A stretch of DNA of 24,000 bases from Firmicutes bacterium ZOR0006. Its GTDB lineage: Bacteria > Bacillota_I > Bacilli_A > Culicoidibacterales > ZOR0006. The DNA is taken from assembly GCA_000798955.1 (NCBI GenBank), contig JTLC01000017.1:1-24000 (forward strand), read 5' to 3'. The notes beneath the pieces were generated by a model that was not told the DNA's origin, ran no database searches, and saw nothing but the letters and a program-made list of their open reading frames with translations. The position numbers and the translations under genes are program-made. Each line of letters begins with the position of its first letter. Position 1 is the first letter of the stretch. Positions 1 to 8,646 of this stretch are shown here, piece after piece.

Positions 1-195
1 GAAATGGTTGGGAGCAAAAAGCAATGCCGCCAACCATTTTCGATTTTCAGCCAATCACTAGGTGGAAGCACGTTTCAAGCAGAGTGTTCAACTGCGGTGC
101 CAAAGCTAAGATTACAAAGTGGCATCAAAGCGGAAAAAAAGGAAACAGATCAGACAAGCAACTCAATTTTTGAATTGCTTGTCTTTTTATTTTGC
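1..195 (+). repeat. Modular intergenic structured repeat, copy 1 (truncated by left window edge)
   Basis: Shares TTTTCGATTTTCAGCCAATCA, the body ..CTGCGGTGCCAAAGC..TTACAAAGTGGCATCAAAG.. and an A-tract/hairpin/T-tract end with the copies at 2984-3316 and 17843-18106. Hairpins at 2-11/30-39, 96-102/120-126 and 152-161/175-184. Confidence 0.7.
152..192 (+). terminator. Rho-independent terminator (3' hairpin of repeat copy 1)
   Basis: AGACAAGCAA/TTGCTTGTCT 10-bp stem followed by TTTTTATTTT. Confidence 0.6.
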
Positions 196-441
196 TAAAT
201 AGCTGTTGATAGCCTGAAGAGTTATCCGCAAAGGCTAGTGTTAATGATCAAGCTTTGCACAAAATTTTCCGTATAATTGTTTTCAACATTGATCAGAAAA
301 GCAGGGCTTTTCCACAGAATAATCCGCAATTAAAAGAGTTAATCACACAAAACAAGAGCAAGGATGATTTTTCTGCAGGAAAATGTTGAAAAATCGGAGT
401 TATTAAGAGGGAATTAATCCGAGTTCTCCCCAAGAAGATTT

Positions 442-468
442 TTGAAACACACGAAAGTATGCTATGAT
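442..468 (+). promoter_or_regulatory. Candidate sigma-A promoter of radA
   Basis: TTGAAA (442-447), 15-nt spacer, extended -10 TGcTATGAT (460-468). The short spacer lowers confidence. Confidence 0.35.
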
Positions 469-513
469 ACAGCTAGGAAAAAATCTGTGAAGATGAAAGG
501 AATGAGTGAATCG

Positions 514-1905
514 ATGGCAGCGGTGAAGAAACCAAAAACGAAATATTTTTGTACGGAATGTGGCTATGAAACCCCGAAGTGGATGGGGAAATGTCCAGGA
601 TGTAATCAGTGGAATACACTGACAGAGGAATTAGTTGAGAAAAAAAGTAAGTTTGTAAATACGTCGATTCAAGGTGATGCACCCAAACCAATCACCCAAG
701 TACCAGCTGAAGATGCTTTTCGTGTTCAAACGAGTTATGGTGAATTTAACCGCTTATTAGGTGGGGGAATAGTCAATGGTGGATTACATTTAATTGGTGG
801 CGATCCGGGGATTGGAAAATCGACATTATTGCTCCAGATTGCGTGTGATTTAGCTCAAAACGGTCATCGTGTCCTATATGTTTCTGGTGAAGAAAGTATG
901 TATCAAACAAAGTTGCGTGCCCAACGACTTGGACTCGAAAGTGATGAACTGTATTTGTATAGTGAAAATGATTTGAATCGTGTGACGCAACAAATTGAGG
1001 TTGTTCAACCGAAGTTTTTGATTATTGATTCAATTCAAACTGTTTATTTGAATGAAGTCGCAAGTGCACCGGGAAGTGTTTCGCAAGTTCGAGAATGTAC
1101 TGGTGAATTAATGCGAATTGCGAAAAGCAAACAAATCTCTACATTTGTAGTCGGTCATGTAACGAAAGAAGGGACAATTGCTGGACCAAAATTGCTTGAG
1201 CATATGGTTGATGCTGTCCTTTATTTTGAAGGTGAACAACATAATTCATTCCGCATTTTACGCTCAGTGAAAAACCGTTTTGGTGCGACAAATGAAATAG
1301 CGATTTTCGACATGCAAGGTGGTGGACTTGTGGAAGTTCTTAACCCATCAGTCTTATTTTTGGAAGAACGAACGGTAATGCGTAGCGGTGTTAGTATCGT
1401 AGCGGCAATGGAGGGTTCGCGACCGATTCTGGTCGAAATTCAATCACTTTTATCACCAACGGCATTTGGGAATCCCCGCCGAATGAGTAATGGGATTGAA
1501 AATAATCGAACATCACTGATTTTAGCAGTATTAGAAAAACGAGCTGGCTTACTTTTACAAAATCAAGATGCCTATATTAAGGTTGTTGGTGGCGTGAAGC
1601 TTGACGAACCAGCAGCGGACTTAGCATTAGCATTATGTATTGTTTCAAGTTTCCGGGATCGTGCCCTGAATCCGACGGATGTCATTATTGGTGAAGTTGG
1701 TTTGACCGGTGAAGTTCGTCGCGTTGTCAAAATCGAAGAACGTTTAAAAGAAGCGAAAAAATTAGGGTTCAAACGAGCAATTATTCCGAAACGCAATGTT
1801 GAAGGATTGGAGTTAACTGGTATTGAGATAATTGGTGTTGCTGATATCCAAGAGGCCATTCAATTGGCGCTCCAACCGGCAGGAGAGCAACATTTGCCAT
1901 TTTAG
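514..1905 (+). CDS. radA: DNA repair protein RadA (Sms)
   Basis: Zinc finger CTECGYETPKWMGKCPGC, Walker A GGDPGIGKST, KNRFG motif and a Lon-like C-terminal domain. Start placed at ATG 514 (MAAVKKPKTKYF) to match typical RadA N-termini. ATG 493/502 are possible, and the TTG at 442 lies within the predicted promoter. Confidence 0.93.
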   Translation: MAAVKKPKTKYFCTECGYETPKWMGKCPGCNQWNTLTEELVEKKSKFVNTSIQGDAPKPITQVPAEDAFRVQTSYGEFNRLLGGGIVNGGLHLIGGDPGIGKSTLLLQIACDLAQNGHRVLYVSGEESMYQTKLRAQRLGLESDELYLYSENDLNRVTQQIEVVQPKFLIIDSIQTVYLNEVASAPGSVSQVRECTGELMRIAKSKQISTFVVGHVTKEGTIAGPKLLEHMVDAVLYFEGEQHNSFRILRSVKNRFGATNEIAIFDMQGGGLVEVLNPSVLFLEERTVMRSGVSIVAAMEGSRPILVEIQSLLSPTAFGNPRRMSNGIENNRTSLILAVLEKRAGLLLQNQDAYIKVVGGVKLDEPAADLALALCIVSSFRDRALNPTDVIIGEVGLTGEVRRVVKIEERLKEAKKLGFKRAIIPKRNVEGLELTGIEIIGVADIQEAIQLALQPAGEQHLPF

Positions 1906-1968
1906 TTGACTAGGCAAAGTGCCGTTTTTTATGTATAATAGAAAAAAACAAAATTGAGGTGCCAAAAA

Positions 1969-2979
1969 ATGAAACGTGAATTAGCAATTGAATTTAGTCG
2001 AGTGACAGAGGCTGCAGCCTTAGCCGGATTTAAATGGTTAGGACGTGGAGATAAAAACTTAGCAGATGATGCAGCTGTGAAAGCAATGCGCCACACATTT
2101 AATCAAATCGATATTCAAGGTGAAATCGTCATCGGTGAAGGTGAAATCGACGAAGCCCCAATGCTGTATATTGGTGAAAAAGTTGGAACTCAGCTTGGTG
2201 ATGCGGTTGATATTGCGATTGATCCAATTGAAGGAACACGAATGACGGCAATGGGACAACCAAATGCAATTGCCGTTTTAGCAGTTGGAGAAAAAGGCAC
2301 GTTCTTAAAAGCGCCAGATATGTATATGGAAAAATTAGTTGTTTGCCCAGAAGCGAAAGGACTGATTAATTTAGATGATTCATTAGAGGCAAATGTTCGC
2401 CGTGTTGCCCGTGCAACAGGGAAGCAATTGTCAGAATTAACAGTCATGACACTAGCAAAACCACGACATGAAAAAGTAATTCAACAATTACATGATTTAG
2501 GTGTTCGTGTTTTCGCGATTCCTGATGGTGATGTTGCAGCAAGTATTCTTGTCTGTATGCCAGAAAGTCAAGTGGATATGTATTATGGAATTGGTGGGGC
2601 ACCAGAAGGTGTTATTTCCGCAGCAGTCGTTCGTGCTTTAGATGGTGATATGGATGCTCGTTTAATGCCACGCCACGAAGTGAAAGGTGATACACCAGAA
2701 AATCGTGAATTAGGGATGGATGAACTTGCTCGTTGTGAAGCACTCGGAATTCAAGCAGGAAAAGTGATGAAAATAGATGAGCTTGTGAAAAATGATAATA
2801 TTATTTTCTCAGCAACAGGAGTCACAAAAGGGGATTTACTTGAAGGTGTTGCCCGTCGTGGAAACATTGCGACAACAGAAACATTAGTGATTCGTGGAAA
2901 ATCACGAACAGTCCGTCGTATTCAATCAACACATTACTTAAACCGCAAAGACCTCGAAATCCAAGATATTATTTTATAA
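1969..2979 (+). CDS. glpX: Fructose-1,6-bisphosphatase class II (GlpX type)
   Basis: MKRELAIEFSRVTEAAALAG.., DPIEGT and GIGGAPEGV motifs typical of GlpX. GAGGTG RBS lies 7 nt upstream of ATG 1969. Confidence 0.9.
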   Translation: MKRELAIEFSRVTEAAALAGFKWLGRGDKNLADDAAVKAMRHTFNQIDIQGEIVIGEGEIDEAPMLYIGEKVGTQLGDAVDIAIDPIEGTRMTAMGQPNAIAVLAVGEKGTFLKAPDMYMEKLVVCPEAKGLINLDDSLEANVRRVARATGKQLSELTVMTLAKPRHEKVIQQLHDLGVRVFAIPDGDVAASILVCMPESQVDMYYGIGGAPEGVISAAVVRALDGDMDARLMPRHEVKGDTPENRELGMDELARCEALGIQAGKVMKIDELVKNDNIIFSATGVTKGDLLEGVARRGNIATTETLVIRGKSRTVRRIQSTHYLNRKDLEIQDIIL

Positions 2980-2983
2980 GAGA

Positions 2984-3316
2984 GTGCTGACACCGATTTT
3001 CACCCCAAGATAATAGGGTGAAAACATGATGGCAGAGAAAATAAGGAAATGTTTGGTAGCAAAGAAATGTTGACAAACATTTTCGATTTTCAGCCAATCA
3101 TGAGGTGAAAGCATGTGTATAAAAAAGTGCCTGACTGTAGTGCCAAAGCGAAGGTTACAAAGTGGCATCAAAGTGGTATGAAAAATAAGGAAACAGAGCA
3201 TCAAAAGAGATGTGAGCTCTGTTTTCGATTTTTCGAGCTTTGAAGCAGGAAGCATGTGTATAAAAAAGTGCTTGACTGTGCTGCTAAGCCAAAGAATAGT
3301 AATAAGAAAGCACTAA
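2984..3316 (+). repeat. Modular intergenic structured repeat, copy 2 (full unit plus tandem second body: 2a and 2b)
   Basis: Starts right after the glpX stop. Hairpin A 2997-3005/3016-3024, T1 3047-3055/3074-3082, hairpin C 3140-3145/3163-3168, T2 3191-3199/3216-3224. The second body repeats the identical 21-mer AGCATGTGTATAAAAAAGTGC (3110-3130 and 3251-3271). Confidence 0.75.
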
Positions 3317-3352
3317 TACGATAGCGTAGTCACAATCATTTCTTGTAGGTAC

Positions 3353-3381
3353 TTTACATTTGGTATTGAACATGTTATAAT
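3353..3381 (+). promoter_or_regulatory. Strong candidate sigma-A promoter (orphan)
   Basis: TTTACA (3353-3358), 17-nt spacer, TATAAT (3376-3381). Confidence 0.55.
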
Positions 3382-3387
3382 AACTGA

Positions 3388-3457
3388 GATGATTTGACTG
3401 GATTCCGTTCATCAGGAATCCCCCAAAGCCCAGGGTCGAGCCCCTGGGCTTTTTTTT
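3388..3457 (+). ncRNA. Candidate ~70-nt small RNA or terminated leader upstream of ispDF
   Basis: Bounded by the promoter at 3353-3381 and a terminator at 3428-3457. Internal hairpin GGATTCC/GGAATCC (3400-3406/3415-3421). No ORF beyond ATG-ATT-TGA. Confidence 0.35.
3428..3457 (+). terminator. Rho-independent terminator
   Basis: GCCCAGGG/CCCTGGGC 8-bp GC-rich stem (3428-3435/3442-3449) followed by T8. Confidence 0.75.
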
Positions 3458-3495
3458 GTTTTTCACAAAAAAAAACACGCACAGGTAAGTAAGTT

Positions 3496-3504
3496 TGTTA
3501 TAAT
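3496..3504 (+). promoter_or_regulatory. Extended -10 promoter element for ispDF
   Basis: TGtTATAAT, 34 nt upstream of the ispD ATG. AGGAGG RBS at 3525-3530. Confidence 0.4.
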
Positions 3505-3537
3505 TGTGGGGATTTGAAATGAATAGGAGGAAATAGA

Positions 3538-4227
3538 ATGTATACAGCAATTCTTTTAGCAGCCGGAAGTGGTAGCCGAGCGGAACTCGGATATAACAAA
3601 GTCCTATATACATTGAGCCAGAAACCAGTTTTTATGTGGTCGTTAGAACAATTTTTAGCACAACCAGAGTGTAAGCAAGTATTGATTGTGACGCAAGAAG
3701 CAGAAATTGATACATTCACAGATTTATTAGAAGTGTTCCAAGTACTTGACCCACGGATTGAGTTTGTTGTTGGTGGCAGTGAACGCCAAGAAAGCGTGCA
3801 TAATGCATTACATAAAACGAGCCAACCATATGTCTTGATTCACGATGCCGCCAGACCATTTATCAATCAAGAACAATTAAGTACTTTATATGAACACGTG
3901 CAGGCGGATGAAGCAGTTATTTTAGCAGTGCCAGCCAAAGATACAATTAAGCAAGTAGAGAATGGTGTCATTGAGCAGACACATGAACGGCAGAAAATGT
4001 ATTTAGCGCAGACACCACAAGCATTTGCGACAAAGTTGATTATGCAGGCCCATCATCATGCAGTCACAATGGAAATCCAAGCAACAGATGATGCTTCATT
4101 AATTGAACAACTCTGTTTACGTGGCGTACATGTTGTTGCTGGCAGTTATGTGAATATGAAAGTCACAACGCCAGAAGATTTTGTTATTGCTGAGGCTTTA
4201 ATTGAGGGAGGGATGATTCAATCATGA
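3538..4227 (+). CDS. ispD: 2-C-methyl-D-erythritol 4-phosphate cytidylyltransferase
   Basis: N-terminal [11 protein letters not shown] motif and IHDAARP motif. Strong AGGAGG RBS. Translationally coupled to ispF (ATGA overlap). Confidence 0.92.
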   Translation: MYTAILLAAGSGSRAELGYNKVLYTLSQKPVFMWSLEQFLAQPECKQVLIVTQEAEIDTFTDLLEVFQVLDPRIEFVVGGSERQESVHNALHKTSQPYVLIHDAARPFINQEQLSTLYEHVQADEAVILAVPAKDTIKQVENGVIEQTHERQKMYLAQTPQAFATKLIMQAHHHAVTMEIQATDDASLIEQLCLRGVHVVAGSYVNMKVTTPEDFVIAEALIEGGMIQS

Positions 4228-4700
4228 TTCGAATTGGACAATCAACAGATATTCATCAACTCGTTGAAGGACGGAAACTCTTTTTAGGTGGAGTAGAAAT
4301 TCCTCATGACAAAGGTTTACTTGGGCATTCTGATGCGGACGTTTTGTTACATGCGATTACTGAGGCGATGATTGGGGCGCTCGGCTTAGGTGATATTGGC
4401 GCCCACTTTCCGGATACAGATCCGAAATATAAAGGGATTGATTCTAAAATTTTATTGGCTGAGACCGTGGCTTTAGTCCATCGTCATGGCTATCTTGTCG
4501 GCAATATTGATAGTACAGTTTTAGCGGAACAGCCGAAATTACGCCCACATATTGAAAAGATGTGTGAAACGATTGCTGAAATTTTACAAGTCGAACGCAA
4601 TCAAGTGAATGTCAAAGCAACACGCGGTGAGAAAATGGGCTTTGTTGGTCGTGAAGAAGGAATAATGGCGCAAGCAGTTGTTCTGATGGTGAAACAATAG
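4224..4700 (+). CDS. ispF: 2-C-methyl-D-erythritol 2,4-cyclodiphosphate synthase
   Basis: [21 protein letters not shown] and [11 protein letters not shown] motifs characteristic of IspF. Confidence 0.93.
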   Translation: MIRIGQSTDIHQLVEGRKLFLGGVEIPHDKGLLGHSDADVLLHAITEAMIGALGLGDIGAHFPDTDPKYKGIDSKILLAETVALVHRHGYLVGNIDSTVLAEQPKLRPHIEKMCETIAEILQVERNQVNVKATRGEKMGFVGREEGIMAQAVVLMVKQ

Positions 4701-4726
4701 TCATTATTTTCAATAACCCAAAAAAA

Positions 4727-4735
4727 TGCTATAAT
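4727..4735 (+). promoter_or_regulatory. Extended -10 promoter element for gltX
   Basis: TGcTATAAT in the 72-nt ispF-gltX spacer. GGAGG RBS at 4759-4763. Confidence 0.4.
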
Positions 4736-4772
4736 AAAAAAGAATTTAGCCAATTTTTGGAGGATCGAAATT

Positions 4773-6227
4773 ATGAGTAAACGTGTACGGGTACGTTATG
4801 CCCCGAGTCCAACAGGACACTTACATATTGGAAATGCGCGAACAGCATTATATGTTTATTTATTTGCGAATCATTATAATGGTGATATGGTGTTACGTAT
4901 CGAAGATACTGATATCGAGCGCAATGTTGCTGGTGGAGAAGAAAGCCAAGCGAGTAACTTACACTGGTTAGGAATCGAATGGAATGAAGGACCTGATCAA
5001 GGTGGAAACTTTGGGCCATACCGTCAATTAGAGCGCCTTGACCTCTATACAAAATATGCAGAACAAATGATTGCAGATGGGAATGCATACCGTTGCTACT
5101 GTACAGAAGAAGAATTAACAGCGGAGCGTGAAGCGCAAATTGCTGCTGGACATCCGACAACTCGTTATAGTGGGAAATGTCGTCATTTAACAGCAGAACA
5201 ACGTGCCGAAAAAGAAGCAGCTGGTCTTGATTTTACTGTCCGTTGTGCGGTTCCAACAAACAAATCATATAGTTGGAATGATTTAGTTCGTAAAACAATT
5301 ACATTTGAATCAAAAGATATCGGTGACTGGGTGTTAATTAAGAAAAACGGAATTGCAACGTATAACTATGCTGTTGTTATTGATGATGCTTTAATGGAAA
5401 TCAGTCACGTGTTACGTGGTGAAGAACATATTTCAAATACGCCACGACAATTGATGGTCTATGAAGCACTAAACTTTGAAGCACCTCAATTTGGTCACAT
5501 GTCAGTCATTGTCAATGAAAACCGTAAAAAGTTATCAAAACGTGATGAATCAGTCTTACAGTTTATTGAACAATATCGTGAGTTAGGGTACTTACCGGAA
5601 GCACTCTTTAACTTTATTGCTCTTTTAGGATGGTCGCCTGAAGGTGAAGAAGAAATCTTTACAAAAGCCGAATTCATCAAGATTTTTGATGAGCACCGCT
5701 TAAGTTCAGCACCAGCAATGTTTGACCGTGATAAGTTAACGTGGATTAATAACCGCTATATGAAGGCAGCAACATTAGAAAAAGTTGTTTCATTAGCACG
5801 TCCACATTTAGAAAAAGCCTATGATTTAAGTGATAAAACTGAGGCTTGGATTGAAACGCTAATTTCGTTGTATCATGACCAAATGTCGTATGGTGCGGAA
5901 ATTGTGAGTTTGGCTGATTTATTCTTTAAAGAAACAATCGCTTTAGATGAGGAAGCGCAAGCTTTCATCACTCAAGAAGGAATCAAAGTAACATTAGAAA
6001 CGTTAGTTGGACATTTAGAAGCACTAACTGACTTTGAAGCAGCGACAATTAAAAAAGCGATTCAACAAACCGGAAAAGATGCAGGAGCAAAAGGGAAAAT
6101 GCTCTTTATGCCAGTACGTATTGCGACAACTGGGCAAATGCATGGTCCAGACCTCCCAAATGCAATCGCTTTAATTGGGAAAGACGCAGTCATTGCTCGA
6201 GTACAAGCAGTTATTGCTAGTTTATAA
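4773..6227 (+). CDS. gltX: Glutamate--tRNA ligase
   Basis: Class I HIGH motif ([13 protein letters not shown]) and KMSKS-type motif (KLSKRD). Full-length GluRS-like sequence. Confidence 0.94.
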   Translation: MSKRVRVRYAPSPTGHLHIGNARTALYVYLFANHYNGDMVLRIEDTDIERNVAGGEESQASNLHWLGIEWNEGPDQGGNFGPYRQLERLDLYTKYAEQMIADGNAYRCYCTEEELTAEREAQIAAGHPTTRYSGKCRHLTAEQRAEKEAAGLDFTVRCAVPTNKSYSWNDLVRKTITFESKDIGDWVLIKKNGIATYNYAVVIDDALMEISHVLRGEEHISNTPRQLMVYEALNFEAPQFGHMSVIVNENRKKLSKRDESVLQFIEQYRELGYLPEALFNFIALLGWSPEGEEEIFTKAEFIKIFDEHRLSSAPAMFDRDKLTWINNRYMKAATLEKVVSLARPHLEKAYDLSDKTEAWIETLISLYHDQMSYGAEIVSLADLFFKETIALDEEAQAFITQEGIKVTLETLVGHLEALTDFEAATIKKAIQQTGKDAGAKGKMLFMPVRIATTGQMHGPDLPNAIALIGKDAVIARVQAVIASL

Positions 6228-6345
6228 AAGTAAGGAAGTATCTAGGTAGTTTTCGAGAAGAGTTAATGAGTACCTCCGTTTACGACCTATCATATTTGTG
6301 ATATGATACAAGTATAAAATCGAATTATTAAAGGAGACGATGACA

Positions 6346-7866
6346 ATGGGAAAAAGTCCAATTTTATTAGCAATCCTTGATGGTGTTGGGATCGCTGATG
6401 CGACACCAGGAAATGCGTATGCAAAAGCAAATAAGCCAAACTTAGAGCGTTTAATGGCGACATATCCAACAACACAATTAGGTGCATGTGGAGAAGCTGT
6501 AGGGTTACCTGAAGGACAAATGGGGAACTCAGAAGTAGGTCACTTAAATTTAGGAGCTGGACGTATTGTATACCAAAGCTTAACGTTAATTAACAAAGCA
6601 ATTCGCGATGGTGAGTTCGAAAAAAATGAAGTTTTAGTTGCTGCTGTTGAAAAAGCAAAAGCAAACAATAGCCGTTTCCACATTATGGGATTATTATCTG
6701 AAGGTGGAGTTCATGCACACATCGAACACATTATTGCTTTAGTGAAAATGGCAAAAACATATGGTTTAACAGATGTTGTTGTTCATGCTTTCCTTGATGG
6801 ACGTGACGTTGCACCAAGTAGTGCGATGACATACATCAATCAATTACAAGCAGCAATCGATGAAATCGGTGTTGGGGCAATCGCAACAGTTTCAGGACGT
6901 TACTATGCGATGGACCGTGACAAACGTTGGGATCGTGTTGAATTAGCATATGATGCTATTGTTGATGGAATCGGTCCAAAATATACTGACGTTTCAGAAT
7001 ATGTTGCAAGCGAATATGCAGCTGAGCGTTTAGATGAATTCGTTTTACCAGCAGTAAATGGAAATGTTGATGGAACAGTTCGTGAAGGTGATGTGATTGT
7101 TGATGCCAACTTCCGTCCTGACCGTGCAATCCAATTAGCATCAGTCTTAACAAATCCAGAGTACGATTCATTCACACCAAAACGTCGTGTAAATGATTTA
7201 GCATTCGTGCAAATGATGAAATATGCTGATTCAGTAAAATCAGATTTAATTGCATTCCACGCGTTAAAATTAACAAATGGATTAGGTGATATTCTAGCTG
7301 AACGCGGATATAGCCAATTACGTATTGCGGAAACAGAAAAATATGCTCACGTAACATTCTTCTTCGACGGTGGTGTTGACAAAGAATTACCAAACGCTGA
7401 TCGTATTTTAGTTAACTCACCAAAAGTTGCTACATATGACTTGCAACCAGAAATGAGTGCTGGTGAAGTAACAGAAAAATTATTAGCAGCAATCGCAGCT
7501 GATAAGTACGACGTTATTATCTTAAACTATGCAAACTGTGATATGGTTGGTCATACAGCGGTTGAATCAGCAGTAATCAAAGCTGTTGAAACAGTTGATG
7601 CATGTATCGGACAAGTTGCGGATGCAATTATTGAAAAAGGTGGAGTAGCCTTAATTACAGCTGACCACGGAAACTCAGAACAAATTTTAGATGCAAATGG
7701 AAAACCATTTACAGCACATACAACAAACCCAGTGCCACTTATCGTGACAAAAGCGGGTGTTGAATTACGCCAAGATGGAGTACTTGCTGACTTAGCGCCA
7801 ACAATTTTAGCGTTATTAGGTGAAGAAAAACCAGCAGAAATGACTGGAACAACAGTTATTCGTTAA
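6346..7866 (+). CDS. gpmI: 2,3-bisphosphoglycerate-independent phosphoglycerate mutase
   Basis: ILDGVG, NSEVGHLNLGAGR, ANCDMVGHT and ADHGN motifs. ATG 6346 sits 9 nt after the GGAG RBS, whereas the alternative ATG 6340 is only 3 nt after it. Confidence 0.93.
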   Translation: MGKSPILLAILDGVGIADATPGNAYAKANKPNLERLMATYPTTQLGACGEAVGLPEGQMGNSEVGHLNLGAGRIVYQSLTLINKAIRDGEFEKNEVLVAAVEKAKANNSRFHIMGLLSEGGVHAHIEHIIALVKMAKTYGLTDVVVHAFLDGRDVAPSSAMTYINQLQAAIDEIGVGAIATVSGRYYAMDRDKRWDRVELAYDAIVDGIGPKYTDVSEYVASEYAAERLDEFVLPAVNGNVDGTVREGDVIVDANFRPDRAIQLASVLTNPEYDSFTPKRRVNDLAFVQMMKYADSVKSDLIAFHALKLTNGLGDILAERGYSQLRIAETEKYAHVTFFFDGGVDKELPNADRILVNSPKVATYDLQPEMSAGEVTEKLLAAIAADKYDVIILNYANCDMVGHTAVESAVIKAVETVDACIGQVADAIIEKGGVALITADHGNSEQILDANGKPFTAHTTNPVPLIVTKAGVELRQDGVLADLAPTILALLGEEKPAEMTGTTVIR

Positions 7867-7874
7867 TTACTAAC

Positions 7875-7901
7875 AAAAAAAAGACCCTTGGGTCTTTTTT
7901 T
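7875..7901. terminator. Bidirectional rho-independent terminator between convergent gpmI and maf
   Basis: A8-GACC-cttg-GGTC-T8, a hairpin flanked by A- and T-tracts. Confidence 0.75.
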
Positions 7902-7902
7902 G

Positions 7903-8493
7903 TTAGGCACGTTCGCTTTGTGTAATTTGCTTTAAAAAAACATCAAGTTCTTTTTTTAAGCGTTTAACAGGAAGGCCAATTACATTGGTTTTTGAACCGC
8001 TTAGACGTCTAATCAGACTATCATCAAAGCCTTGAATTCCATAACCACCGGCTTTATCAAATGGTTCACCAGAATTGATATAAGCTGTGATGAAATCAGG
8101 ATCAAGTTCCGAAAAATCAATTTCTGTCACCTCATAAAATTTATGGGTATATGTTTTAAATCGGAAAGAAACACCAGTAATAACGAGTTGGGTATTATTA
8201 CTCATCATCGTTAACATTCGTAAAGCATCTGCTTCATCAATTGGCTTTCCTAATATTTCTTCATTACAGACGACGAGCGTATCGGCACCAATAATCAAGC
8301 TCTCAGGATAAAAAAAGTGAACTTCATCTGCTTTTTGAAAAGCTAGGTCCATGGCAACTTCAGCTGGAGTAAGATTGGGATTAACGACTTCTTCTAATTG
8401 GCTAGGTACAACAGTAAATTCTGCGATAATTTTCTTTAAGAGCTCATGGCGTCGAGGCGAACTTGACGCGAGCACAACGGGAATGGACGACAT
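7903..8493 (-). CDS. maf: Maf-family nucleoside triphosphate pyrophosphatase / septum formation inhibitor
   Basis: LASSSPRR N-terminal motif, GADT and GAYGIQ-like GGYGIQG motifs. Start is ATG 8493, or GTG 8505 which abuts the RBS. Confidence 0.88.
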   Translation of the reverse strand: MSSIPVVLASSSPRRHELLKKIIAEFTVVPSQLEEVVNPNLTPAEVAMDLAFQKADEVHFFYPESLIIGADTLVVCNEEILGKPIDEADALRMLTMMSNNTQLVITGVSFRFKTYTHKFYEVTEIDFSELDPDFITAYINSGEPFDKAGGYGIQGFDDSLIRRLSGSKTNVIGLPVKRLKKELDVFLKQITQSERA

Positions 8494-8646
8494 CGTTCCA
8501 CTCACACTCCTTTAAACATGATTTTTTCTCATTATAACACAATCACTTCACAATACTAGGGGAAATGAGTGAAAAAATGTTATGCTGATTTAACGGTGAA
8601 AATAGATAAATTTGGTATAATAAATGTACAGAAATGAGGAGAAGAG

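Noticed and set aside
4-198. 64-aa + strand ORF at the left edge.
   Set aside because: It lies entirely within repeat copy 1 and runs through three hairpins, including a terminator. Copies 2 and 3 have different stops in the corresponding frame (copy 2a ends 16 codons earlier, at 3179-3181), and its start lies in the variable T1 hairpin, so a protein of this length is not conserved.
222-347. Cluster of same-orientation DnaA-box-like 9-mers upstream of radA: TTATCCGCA (222-230), TTTTCCGTA (265-273), TTTTCCACA (308-316), TAATCCGCA (320-328), TTAATCACA (339-347).
   Set aside because: None matches TTATCCACA perfectly. Only two are single-mismatch and the others have 2-3 mismatches. Such near-matches are expected by chance several times in 24 kb of AT-rich DNA, and there is no adjacent dnaA/dnaN or AT-rich unwinding element. 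It is not supportable as an origin or a DnaA-box cluster without ChIP or statistical testing.
1906-1939. Promoter for glpX (TTGACT 1906-1911 with TATAAT 1934-1939) and a terminator after radA (GGCA-aag-TGCC plus T6).
   Set aside because: The -35/-10 spacing would be 22 nt, and the hairpin has only a 4-bp stem with a 3-nt loop. Both are too weak to report as features.
2974-3719. Minus-strand ORFs 2974-3255 (93 aa), 3284-3613 (109 aa) and 3498-3719 (73 aa).
   Set aside because: They overlap the intergenic repeat, the promoter/terminator unit or the 5' end of ispD in antisense. They have low-complexity hydrophobic or odd composition, no RBS and no recognisable motifs.
4701-4772. T-box leader upstream of gltX.
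   Set aside because: The spacer is only 72 nt and contains just a promoter-like TGcTATAAT and an RBS. There is no specifier or T-box sequence and no terminator/antiterminator.
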